Positions 40,375 through 49,078 of a stretch of 64,000 nt of DNA are shown piece after piece. Position 1 is the first letter of the stretch, and the number at the start of each line of letters is the position of its first letter. The DNA comes from Candidatus Bipolaricaulota bacterium. GTDB taxonomy: Bacteria > Bipolaricaulota > Bipolaricaulia > UBA7950 > UBA9294. The DNA lies in the NCBI GenBank assembly GCA_030606565.1, contig JAUWGE010000001.1, positions 87,740-151,739 of the forward strand. Direction: 5' to 3'. Position numbers and translations under genes: made by a program. Under the pieces are notes generated by a model that was not told the DNA's origin, searched no databases, and was given only the letters and a program-made list of their open reading frames with translations.

Positions 40375-41199
40375 ATGAGTACCCCTGCACTTGAGCTTAA
40401 TCAGGTATGTAAGGTTTTCACCAAGAAGGAACGCGACAAGACCAAAGCTCGCTTTGCGCCTAAGAAAAGAGAGAAGGTCATCGCTCTTGACGATGTGAGC
40501 CTGTCGGTTAACCGACGGGAGATCTTCGGAGTCCTTGGCCCGAACGGGTCGGGAAAGTCGACCCTGATCCGGCTCCTTTCTACCCTGCTGATCCCCGACA
40601 AGGGGACCATCCGCGTCTTTGGCCATGATGTCGAGAAGGAAGAATTCGCGGTGAAGCGGTTGATCAACCGTGTCTCGGTCGATGCCGCCTTCTTCAAGAA
40701 GTTTTCTCCTTTGGAGAACCTGACCTACGCCGCCCGGCTCTATGGGATGCCAATGCGCGAGGCACGCGAAAAGATGCGACAGATCATGCTTCGTCTAGGT
40801 TTAAAGGAGGAGACGTTCAACCAACCGATGGAGCACATGTCGCGCGGAATGCAGCAGAAGGTCGCTGTGGCGAGGGGGTTTCTTACCTCGCCCACGCTCT
40901 TGTTGTTGGATGAGCCAACAACCGGACTCGATCCACACTCCAAGCGCGACGTTCAAGGCTTTGTACGCCAGATCCGCGCCGAACACGACGCGACGATCCT
41001 CCTCACAACCCACGACATGGAGGAGGCAGATCGGCTGTGCGACCGGATCGCGATAATCGATGAGGGAAAGATCATCGCCCTCGATACGCCAAAGGGGCTA
41101 AAAGAGCTGGTTAGCAAGCGAAACGGGCATGAACCGACCCTCGAGGACGTGTTCATCGAGCTGACGGGAAAGAAGATGGAGGAGAAGGAGGCGGAATGA
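40375..41199 (+). CDS. ABC-2 exporter ATP-binding protein
   Basis: GPNGSGKST, SRGMQQ, LLDEPT. Confidence 0.92.
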   Translation: MSTPALELNQVCKVFTKKERDKTKARFAPKKREKVIALDDVSLSVNRREIFGVLGPNGSGKSTLIRLLSTLLIPDKGTIRVFGHDVEKEEFAVKRLINRVSVDAAFFKKFSPLENLTYAARLYGMPMREAREKMRQIMLRLGLKEETFNQPMEHMSRGMQQKVAVARGFLTSPTLLLLDEPTTGLDPHSKRDVQGFVRQIRAEHDATILLTTHDMEEADRLCDRIAIIDEGKIIALDTPKGLKELVSKRNGHEPTLEDVFIELTGKKMEEKEAE

Positions 41200-42020
41200 A
41201 CACCCTAGTTCGTGAGATGCGTGGCGCGTTCGCCTTCATCGAGCGTAATATCAATCTGATCAAGCGCTACTGGGGCTGGGAGCTTGTGTGGCTGATCTAC
41301 TCACTGGTCAACTCGCTTGCCGTTACCTATATCGGTGCGGGGATGGAGCGGATCAGCGGACAGGCACTCGATACGCAGTACTTGATCACCTATCTCCTCG
41401 TGGGGACGCTGATCTGGTCGTACCTATCGGTGATCTTCTACTCGATCTCCGAGATGATAGCCTGGGAGCGCTGGGAGGGGACGATCGAGTACACGTTCAT
41501 GGCCCCGGTATCGCGCCTTACTCACCTGGTGGGAACGACCCTGTTCGCCATCGTCTACGGGGTATTGCGGACGCTCGTCATCCTGGTGATCGTCGCATCG
41601 TTCTTCCGGCTCGATCTATCGGGGGCGAACATCCCAGGAGCGGTATTGCTGCTCCTAGCGGGAAGCGTCTCGTTCGTCGGCTTGGGGATCCTCGCCGCGG
41701 TCCTGCCGCTTCTCTACCCGGAACGGGGCGTACAGATGACAAACGCCGCCGCCGCGATCCTCCTCCTCATCTCCGGGGTTTACTACCCGGTGGAGATCCT
41801 CCCTGGATGGCTGCAGGTGATCGCCTCCGCCTCACCAGCGACTTACGTGATCAAGGGTATGCGGGCCTGCCTGCTGCACGGGGAATCGACCCGCGCGCTC
41901 ATTTCGACCGTCCTTTTCTTGATCGGCGCTGGAATCGCGGTGATCGCCATGGGGCTTCTGACCTTTCATCGGGTGGAGCGATACGCCAAGCGAGCTGGAC
42001 GCCTGAAGCGGAGTGGTTAA
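41196..42020 (+). CDS. ABC-2 type permease
   Basis: Six TM segments, ERWEGTIE, SGVYYPVEILPGWLQ. Confidence 0.9.
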   Translation: MNTLVREMRGAFAFIERNINLIKRYWGWELVWLIYSLVNSLAVTYIGAGMERISGQALDTQYLITYLLVGTLIWSYLSVIFYSISEMIAWERWEGTIEYTFMAPVSRLTHLVGTTLFAIVYGVLRTLVILVIVASFFRLDLSGANIPGAVLLLLAGSVSFVGLGILAAVLPLLYPERGVQMTNAAAAILLLISGVYYPVEILPGWLQVIASASPATYVIKGMRACLLHGESTRALISTVLFLIGAGIAVIAMGLLTFHRVERYAKRAGRLKRSG

Positions 42021-42047
42021 AAAGGCCGCGGAGACTCCGCGGCCTTT
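42021..42047. terminator. Bidirectional intrinsic terminator
   Basis: aaaggccgcgg-agact-ccgcggccttt between convergent genes. Confidence 0.75.
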
Positions 42048-42069
42048 GTCATATCTTACTTTCTCCCTT

Positions 42070-43026
42070 CTACAGGTGTTTATTCACTTCCTCGAGGAAC
42101 TCCTGCGCCTTCTCCTGAGAGATGGCATTGTAGAGCGGGTATTTATCGCCAATTGGCTCATCAAGGACGCTTGTAAGAATGCGCGCTGCATCCTCCCAGA
42201 GTTCCTTCTCCATCAGGTAGAACTCCACAAAGAAAGTGCGGCTCTCGAAGTACTCGTTACAGACCGGATCGAACGGGCCAAAATCAGGACAATCTACACA
42301 CTCAGAGCACAGCACCGGCTCGTCGACGACTTTACAGAAATAGCTTAAGGCCTCGTTGAAGTTCTTGCGGTACGTGCCTCCAGGAAGGCGAGGCATCCCA
42401 CCCCAAAAAGCGCCGAGCGAACGATATGACCCGTAGCAGATGTAGGTCTCATCAAGCTCCAGGAGGCGCAGTGACATCGCTTCGGTCTTTTGGGGAACTT
42501 TTGCGAAGATCGCTTCGAGCTTATTAAACTCCGAGGCACGAAGCCAATTGGCATTCGTCCAGTAGAGTGCAGACATATCCGTCTCCGCCTGCACTGCAGC
42601 GATGAAGCTATCGTCTTGTTGAAGTGTAAAGAAGTCCGGGTTCATCCGCAGGCTTTTGAGTCCCCAATGCTTTCCCTTGAGATAGGTGTCTCTCTCGTTT
42701 GGTTCCCCGCCCAGGAAGGCATCGGCTAAGGTGTAATAACATTGAGATAGCTTGTTGACCAAATCCTTCAGTTCCAGGTCAATGGCTAGTTCACCGACTC
42801 GGTCCTCTTTCGTCTCATCAAGGTCCTCAGGGATACCAAGGGCGGTCTTGAACGCGGTGATGGCTGTCTCTAACTGCGCCCGCCCTTCATCAGAGTACTC
42901 AATCATCACGTCGGTACCAGGGAAGAGCGCCAGTGCCGCCTCCAGATCCGCCACCTCATCTTGGCCGGTCACAGTAAGCGGCACTAACAGCAGTAAACAA
43001 CCAACAAATAAGAAAAATCTCCTCAT
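42070..43026 (-). CDS. Exported TatT-like (TRAP-T associated, TPR-like) protein
   Basis: Signal peptide; ALYWT..W...LLELDETY..G.YR.LGAF pattern. Confidence 0.55.
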   Translation of the reverse strand: MRRFFLFVGCLLLLVPLTVTGQDEVADLEAALALFPGTDVMIEYSDEGRAQLETAITAFKTALGIPEDLDETKEDRVGELAIDLELKDLVNKLSQCYYTLADAFLGGEPNERDTYLKGKHWGLKSLRMNPDFFTLQQDDSFIAAVQAETDMSALYWTNANWLRASEFNKLEAIFAKVPQKTEAMSLRLLELDETYICYGSYRSLGAFWGGMPRLPGGTYRKNFNEALSYFCKVVDEPVLCSECVDCPDFGPFDPVCNEYFESRTFFVEFYLMEKELWEDAARILTSVLDEPIGDKYPLYNAISQEKAQEFLEEVNKHL

Positions 43027-43157
43027 CTTTTCCCCCTCCTAGAACGATTTGTTCACCTACTATATCGCAAGCCTCTCCCTTCGCCAAGGAGGTTGGCCTC
43101 GTTTGCGTGGTATGTTATATTTCCGAGAAAGACTTTTATCCGAAGGAGGAGGAAATA

Positions 43158-43340
43158 ATGTTAAACCCAACGGTGGATAAGGACCTCTGCGTCAGCTGTG
43201 GTCTGTGCTCCCAGGTCTGTCCCGAGGTGTTCGAGGAAGGGCCGGAGGGAATAGGGCAGGTCAAGGCCGATGCTGACTTAAACGCCGCCTGCATTCAAGA
43301 CGCGGTTGATCAGTGTCCAGTCGGCGCGATCAGCGCCTAA
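43158..43340 (+). CDS. Single-cluster ferredoxin
   Basis: CVSCGLCSQVCP...CPVGAI; GGAGGAGG RBS. Confidence 0.92.
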   Translation: MLNPTVDKDLCVSCGLCSQVCPEVFEEGPEGIGQVKADADLNAACIQDAVDQCPVGAISA

Positions 43341-43344
43341 GCTC

Positions 43345-43409
43345 AACGTCGGGATAAATCCCAACGCCATAAAGATAAGGACGTAGCGTCGCAGCTAGTC
43401 TGCGACGTT
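43345..43409. repeat. GTAG-REP-like palindromes
   Basis: cgtcgggataaatcccaacgc and gtagcgtcgcagctagtctgcgacg. Confidence 0.7.
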
Positions 43410-43504
43410 ACTCTTTTGCCCTACGGGACTTACCCTGTCAGCCCACAGTGGAATCTGTGGTATTGTCTGAGTGGCCGCTACGTGCTAGCATAGGACGGTG
43501 ATCG

Positions 43505-44392
43505 ATGGTGCAAAAAAAGAAGGTCGGTCTTGCTCTCGGTAGCGGTGGCGCGCGTGGTTCGGCACACGTAGGAGTCCTGAAAGTCCTAGAGGAAAACAAA
43601 ATCCGGCCTGATGTCATTGTGGGAACAAGCATGGGAGCCGAGGTGGGCGGGGCGTACGCTGCTGGGATAGAGGTCGATGAGCTAGCGGCAATATGGCAGT
43701 CGATGACCTTTGGTAGGGTGGTCAAAACCCTCCTACCAACTATTCCCTGGTCCGGATGGAGCTCCGGAGGAGAGGTGTTGCGCACAATCCGCAGGCTTGT
43801 GGGAGATCTTACGATCGAGGAGCTCCCTCTCACCTACGCTGCGGTTGCGACCGACCTACAAACCGGCCTCCCTTATATCATCACAGAAGGTTCCCTCGCG
43901 CAGGCGATCCGAGCGAGTCTCTCTGTGCCTGGTCTATTCACGCCCGTCTGGATTGATGGGCACCTTTTGATTGACGGTGGGGTCTCAAATCCGGTTCCAG
44001 TCGATGTCACCCGTCAACTCGGTGCTGAAATGGTGATCGCCGTTGATGTCCTTGTGCACCCTAAAGAGGTACGCCTCTCTGGAATCCCGGTCCCCGACTA
44101 CCGCGAGCGAATCCTGGGGATCATCAAGAGGATGGAGAGTTCACAACCTGTTGAGAACGAAACGCGCCGATTCTACCCGAGTGTCTTTACCGTCCTGTTT
44201 CAGATGTCGACCGTCTTCCAAAGACGCATCAGCGAGCTATCCTTGCAGGTTCATCCCCCAGATGTCCTAATTCAACCGGACTTCTCCCCTACCCCTCCTT
44301 GCTACAGCGATGTGAAAAATGGGATCAAAGCAGGGGAGGAAGCAGCCCGACGCGCTCTCCCCACGATCTACAAACTCCTTTACTCCCAATGA
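43505..44392 (+). CDS. Patatin-like phospholipase
   Basis: GSGGARG, GTSMG, DGG. Confidence 0.92.
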   Translation: MVQKKKVGLALGSGGARGSAHVGVLKVLEENKIRPDVIVGTSMGAEVGGAYAAGIEVDELAAIWQSMTFGRVVKTLLPTIPWSGWSSGGEVLRTIRRLVGDLTIEELPLTYAAVATDLQTGLPYIITEGSLAQAIRASLSVPGLFTPVWIDGHLLIDGGVSNPVPVDVTRQLGAEMVIAVDVLVHPKEVRLSGIPVPDYRERILGIIKRMESSQPVENETRRFYPSVFTVLFQMSTVFQRRISELSLQVHPPDVLIQPDFSPTPPCYSDVKNGIKAGEEAARRALPTIYKLLYSQ

Positions 44393-44417
44393 GCAAGCTT
44401 CACTCGGGCGAAGTGCG

Positions 44418-45302
44418 ATGACCCGACGCCCGGGCTTCTACAGCCTCATCTTTATCGCCATCGTCGCTGTCTCCTTCGGCGCGATCCTGATCCGGCTTGC
44501 TGATGACGCCCCGATTCTGACAATCGCCACCTGGCGGTTGGTAGTCTCTTTTATCCTTTTGGCTCCTCTTGCCCTGCAACGCCGCGCTACCGCAGCGCTG
44601 AGCCACCGCGAGCGTCTCCTCTCCATCTTAAGCGGCGTTTTCCTAGCACTCCACTTCATCCTGTGGATCTCGTCCTTGCGCTACACTTCGGTGGCAAGTT
44701 CGGTGGTGCTCGTTTCTACTAATCCAATTTTTGTCGGGTTGGGGTCACGTTTTTTGTTAAAAGAGCGCTTTTCCCGCTCGCTAGCCTTGGCAATCCTCCT
44801 CTCCGTCTCGGGTGGATTCCTTATCGGCTGGGGAGACATACGGATTGGAGGAGAAGCTCTGTACGGCGATCTGTTGGCCCTTGGTGGGGCGGTTATGGCC
44901 TCAGCCTATTACCTACTCGGGCGACGTGTTAGACAGCACGCACCCCTTGCCGGCTACATCTTCCTGAGCTACGGGACCGCGGCAGTCCTCCTACTTACTG
45001 TCTGTCTCGCTTTACGCCAGCCGCTCACTGGCTTTTCCAGCACTACCTACCTCTATCTTGTTCTACTTGCAGTAGGGCCACAACTTATCGGGCACAGCAC
45101 TTTCAACTGGGCGCTCAAGTACGTCTCCGCTTCCACAGTGGCGATACTCATCCTTGGGGAGCCCATCTGCGCGAGCTTATTCGCTTACCTCATTTTGGGA
45201 GAGGGCCTTACCTTGTTGAAAGGAATTGGGGCGATGATCATACTTATCGGCATCTACTTGAGCTTACATGAGGAGGAGGTTGCCAATGAACGAGGCCTGT
45301 AA
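44418..45302 (+). CDS. DMT/EamA family transporter
   Basis: About ten TM segments in two repeats, TSVASS, GEP. Confidence 0.88.
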   Translation: MTRRPGFYSLIFIAIVAVSFGAILIRLADDAPILTIATWRLVVSFILLAPLALQRRATAALSHRERLLSILSGVFLALHFILWISSLRYTSVASSVVLVSTNPIFVGLGSRFLLKERFSRSLALAILLSVSGGFLIGWGDIRIGGEALYGDLLALGGAVMASAYYLLGRRVRQHAPLAGYIFLSYGTAAVLLLTVCLALRQPLTGFSSTTYLYLVLLAVGPQLIGHSTFNWALKYVSASTVAILILGEPICASLFAYLILGEGLTLLKGIGAMIILIGIYLSLHEEEVANERGL

Positions 45303-46515
45303 GAGGGTGGTACAGGGGAGAAAGAAAATAGATTGGGCCGCCTCGCATATGGACCTGCTTAACCACCTGCGCACACAGTTCCAGCGAGAAGAGCCGTTTG
45401 CTTCACACCGAATTGGGATGAGCATCCACCTGGAGGCGAAGACGGCCTGTCTGGCAATCCTTCTACGCGACGGAGGAGCACAGGTCTTCGTCACAGGAAG
45501 TAATCCGCTCTCCACCCAGGACGATGTAGCTGCCGCACTGGCCGAGGAGGCGGGAATATCAGTTCACGCCCGTCATGGAGTAAACGAAGCGGAGTACTTT
45601 AATCACCTGCGCGAGGTGCTCGCTGGGAAGCCAGACCTCATCCTCGACGACGGAGGCGACCTCGTAGGGCTCCTACACAAGGAGATAGAGGGGGAGGTGA
45701 TCGGCGGGTGCGAGGAGACAACAACCGGTGTCAACCGACTACGCGTTCTCGCCCGTGCAGGGAGGCTACGCTTTCCCATGTTCGCAGTGAATGATGCTAA
45801 GATGAAGTATCTATTTGACAACCGCTACGGAACCGGTCAGTCGGTATGGAACGGGATTCTGCGTTCCACCAACCTCCTGGTGGCGGGGAAAACTGTCCTT
45901 ATCGCTGGATACGGCTGGTGCGGCCGTGGGATCGCTATGCGAGCGTGTGGCCTGGGAGCCAGGGTAACCGTCTCCGAGGTCGACCCGGTGCGAGCTGTGG
46001 AAGCAGTAATGGATGGGTTCGCCGTCGCGCCGCTCGCCGAGGTGATCGGCCAGGCCGACCTACTCATCACCTCAACCGGGTGCAGTGATGTCGTCACCGT
46101 AGAGGCTCTCAAGAACGCAAAGGACGGTCTCTTGCTCGCCAACGCTGGCCACTTTGACGTGGAGATCGACAAACATGCCCTAGCCAAACTTGCCGCCTCC
46201 CAGCGGGACGTGCGCGAGGGAATCCGTGAATTTACCCTTAAAAACGGACATCGACTTTACCTCCTCGGGGAGGGGCGGCTGGTCAACCTTGTTCTTGGCG
46301 ATGGGCATCCTGTGGAGATCATGGACATCTCTTTCGCTCTGCAAGCATTGACCCTCCGACACATCGTGGAGAACGCCCCACTTTCGCCAACTCTGTACGC
46401 AGTCCCACCGCAGATCGATCGGCAGGTCGCACGGATGAAGCTTAAGGCACTGGGCGTACGGATCGACACCTTAACTGAAACCCAGCAAAGCTACCTCGGC
46501 CTGTCATCTTCTTAA
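45286..46515 (+). CDS. ahcY: Adenosylhomocysteinase
   Basis: HLEAKT, EETTTG, FDNRYGTGQS, GYGWCG. Confidence 0.95.
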   Translation: MNEACKRVVQGRKKIDWAASHMDLLNHLRTQFQREEPFASHRIGMSIHLEAKTACLAILLRDGGAQVFVTGSNPLSTQDDVAAALAEEAGISVHARHGVNEAEYFNHLREVLAGKPDLILDDGGDLVGLLHKEIEGEVIGGCEETTTGVNRLRVLARAGRLRFPMFAVNDAKMKYLFDNRYGTGQSVWNGILRSTNLLVAGKTVLIAGYGWCGRGIAMRACGLGARVTVSEVDPVRAVEAVMDGFAVAPLAEVIGQADLLITSTGCSDVVTVEALKNAKDGLLLANAGHFDVEIDKHALAKLAASQRDVREGIREFTLKNGHRLYLLGEGRLVNLVLGDGHPVEIMDISFALQALTLRHIVENAPLSPTLYAVPPQIDRQVARMKLKALGVRIDTLTETQQSYLGLSSS

Positions 46516-46564
46516 CCGCTCCTTTCTCCGCGTTGCTTAACGGGGTACAATCGAAATAAGAGGG

Positions 46565-47746
46565 GTGAGACGTTTGAAAAACCGATCGGTCGTGAGGAAG
46601 GCCTTGACGGTATTGTTTCCAACGATCATTCTGGTGCTCGTCTTAGGGGTCGGAGGGGCACAGCAGACGAATACCGAGCTCTTCTTGCCCCTATCTCAGA
46701 TCTATCAATACATCAAAAGCTGCTTTTACTGGCCAGAACGGATCGACGACCAGGAGGCCCTGTACGGCGCGATGAAGGGGATGGTGAAGCAACTCAACGA
46801 CCCGCACAGCGAGTTCCTTGATCCTAACGACTACGAACGCTTTGAAAACAGCCTGCAGTCCGAGTTTAGCGGAGTTGGAATTGAGATCACAATTAAAGAT
46901 GGTATCCTAACGGTCATTGCCCCACTTGCGGAGACTCCAGCTGAGCAGGCAGGGGTGCTAGCCGGTGATCAAGTCCTTAAGATCGACGGCGAGCCGACTG
47001 TGGAGATAACCCTTACTGAGGCATCGGTCAAAATCAGAGGGGAAGTGGGAACGACTGTCGTCCTACTTGTGCGACACAAGGACGGTCGTGAAGAGGAAAT
47101 CTCAATAGTTCGTGGTACGATTCCGCTTGTGTCGGTCACCAGCAAACTAGTCGCAGCCGATAGGATCGGTTACATTCGCATCTCGCGCTTTAGCGAGGAT
47201 GTCACTCTGGAACTCGACACTGCCTTACTGGGGTTTGACCTCGATGGCCTCGACGGACTGATCCTTGACTTGCGGAACAATGGAGGGGGGTTCACGGAGG
47301 GAGCAGTCCGCGTTGCAAGTCGATTCATCGACAGCGGGCTCATCTTCACTAGCAAAGGACGGATCAGTGGCCCTCAGAAGTACTGGTCGACGGGAAACGT
47401 TGTGCCCAACTTGCCACTTGTGGTCCTGATCAACGGGGGAACTGCAAGCGCGGCTGAAATTGTCGCCGGCGCCATTCGCGATAACAACATGGGCATTTTG
47501 ATCGGGGAGCAGTCGTTCGGGAAAGGGGTCATGCAGATTCTGCGAGAGTTTCCCGATGGCTCTGCACTCAAGTTGACTACCGCAGAGTATTTCACCCCAC
47601 TAGAACACGCCGTGCATGGTGTCGGCCTCCCCCCGGATATCGAGGTGGCTGAAGACGAGGACCCAATTGAGGTAGCGATCGCCTGGATCGACGCTCACCT
47701 CGGGGTGCTGATGCCTATCCCCCTCAACGACAGGAACGACATGTGA
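46565..47746 (+). CDS. ctpA: S41 C-terminal processing peptidase
   Basis: PDZ (GVGIEI), DLRNNGGG, TASAAEI, FGKG. Confidence 0.92.
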   Translation: MRRLKNRSVVRKALTVLFPTIILVLVLGVGGAQQTNTELFLPLSQIYQYIKSCFYWPERIDDQEALYGAMKGMVKQLNDPHSEFLDPNDYERFENSLQSEFSGVGIEITIKDGILTVIAPLAETPAEQAGVLAGDQVLKIDGEPTVEITLTEASVKIRGEVGTTVVLLVRHKDGREEEISIVRGTIPLVSVTSKLVAADRIGYIRISRFSEDVTLELDTALLGFDLDGLDGLILDLRNNGGGFTEGAVRVASRFIDSGLIFTSKGRISGPQKYWSTGNVVPNLPLVVLINGGTASAAEIVAGAIRDNNMGILIGEQSFGKGVMQILREFPDGSALKLTTAEYFTPLEHAVHGVGLPPDIEVAEDEDPIEVAIAWIDAHLGVLMPIPLNDRNDM

Positions 47747-47848
47747 GGTTTTCCTTTACCGGTACAGGCGGCTGGAAAACGGCCCCACTTGCTGGTCGAT
47801 GATATTGTGACTCGTAACCCGAAACGAGAAGGGATTTAAACTGTTGCC

Positions 47849-49066
47849 ATGAGGAACTACGATGTGGTGGTGGTAGGTGGTGGTCCGGCCGGTGCAGTGG
47901 CAGCGCGTCACGCCACCGTGGTTGGGGCACGTGTGCTCCTGATCGAACAAGGGGACGGCTCCGGAGAACCGGCCCGATGCACCGGTCTAGTCAGTCCCCG
48001 CACCCTTGACTTACTAGGTGCCTCGACCACAAGCGTCCTGCGGGAGATCCGCGGTGGAACCCTTCACGCCCCAGGGGGGAGGACCCTCAATATCCGTGCG
48101 GACACGGTCAAGGCGGTCGTGCTTGACCGTGGGAGGCTCAACCGCGAGCTGATCGAGTTGGCAGCCTCCGCCGGCGTTGAGGTGAGAACCCATACACGAG
48201 CCGTCGCTGCAACGACCGGCCGCGTTTGGATAAAACATCAAAGAAATAAGGAGGAGTTAAAAACCGCTGTAATCATTGGGGCCGATGGTCCACAAAGCGC
48301 CATTGCTTCGTGGTTTTCCCTACCACATCCAACTCAACTCCTCGTGGCAAGTCAAGTGGTGGTTACAGAAGACCACCTCACTCCGGACGGCATAGAGGTC
48401 TTCTTTGGAAGCGATGTTGCTCCCGGATTCTTCGCCTGGGCAGTCCCTGCTGAGGAGAGATGCCTGCGCGTCGGCCTCGCTGCCCCCTTGGGAACCGACA
48501 CAACTGCCCTTCTTACCCGGTTTCTGGGGCGACGCTTCCCCGGAGAGGTGGTCGAGCAAATCAGGGGGATAATCCCGATTGGCACGGTCGAAACGACGGT
48601 GGGAGATGGAGTGCTCCTCGTTGGAGACGCTGCGGGACAGGTGAAGCCAACCTCTGGAGGAGGGATCTACACCGGTGGGATGTGTGCCCGAATCGCCGGT
48701 GAGATCGCAGGTTATGCCGCCCTGGCTGGAAAACCAAATCGCACTACACTCGCCGAGTATGAGCGTCGCTGGCAACGGGAAATCGGCCGCGAGTTGCGTT
48801 TTGGCCTCGCCGCTCGTCGCGCTCTCTTCGCTCTCTCAAATAGCGAAATCGATGTGATCTTCGCCGCCATCGACGAGCCATTGATTCTCAGTCTGATCGC
48901 CAAGAAGGGGGACATCGATTACCCGAGCCGGCTCGTCCACTCCTTCCTCCCCCATCAGAAGTTGTGGCCAAGGCTCCTTGCCCTCATCACCGCCCTTGGC
49001 GGCTGGGGAAAAATCGAGGAACTGGCACGGCTCGCCTTTGCCCCGCGCGACCATGTCACCCTATAA
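47849..49066 (+). CDS. Geranylgeranyl reductase family FAD oxidoreductase
   Basis: GGGPAG, GADG, PGFFAW, VGDAAGQVKPTSGGGI. Confidence 0.88.
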   Translation: MRNYDVVVVGGGPAGAVAARHATVVGARVLLIEQGDGSGEPARCTGLVSPRTLDLLGASTTSVLREIRGGTLHAPGGRTLNIRADTVKAVVLDRGRLNRELIELAASAGVEVRTHTRAVAATTGRVWIKHQRNKEELKTAVIIGADGPQSAIASWFSLPHPTQLLVASQVVVTEDHLTPDGIEVFFGSDVAPGFFAWAVPAEERCLRVGLAAPLGTDTTALLTRFLGRRFPGEVVEQIRGIIPIGTVETTVGDGVLLVGDAAGQVKPTSGGGIYTGGMCARIAGEIAGYAALAGKPNRTTLAEYERRWQREIGRELRFGLAARRALFALSNSEIDVIFAAIDEPLILSLIAKKGDIDYPSRLVHSFLPHQKLWPRLLALITALGGWGKIEELARLAFAPRDHVTL

Positions 49067-49078
49067 TGCCTAAAGATC

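Noticed and set aside
41288-42118. 276-aa alternative-frame ORF over the ABC permease, and similar long overlapping ORFs elsewhere
   Set aside because: Arg/Gly/Pro-rich off-frame translations expected in GC-rich coding DNA.
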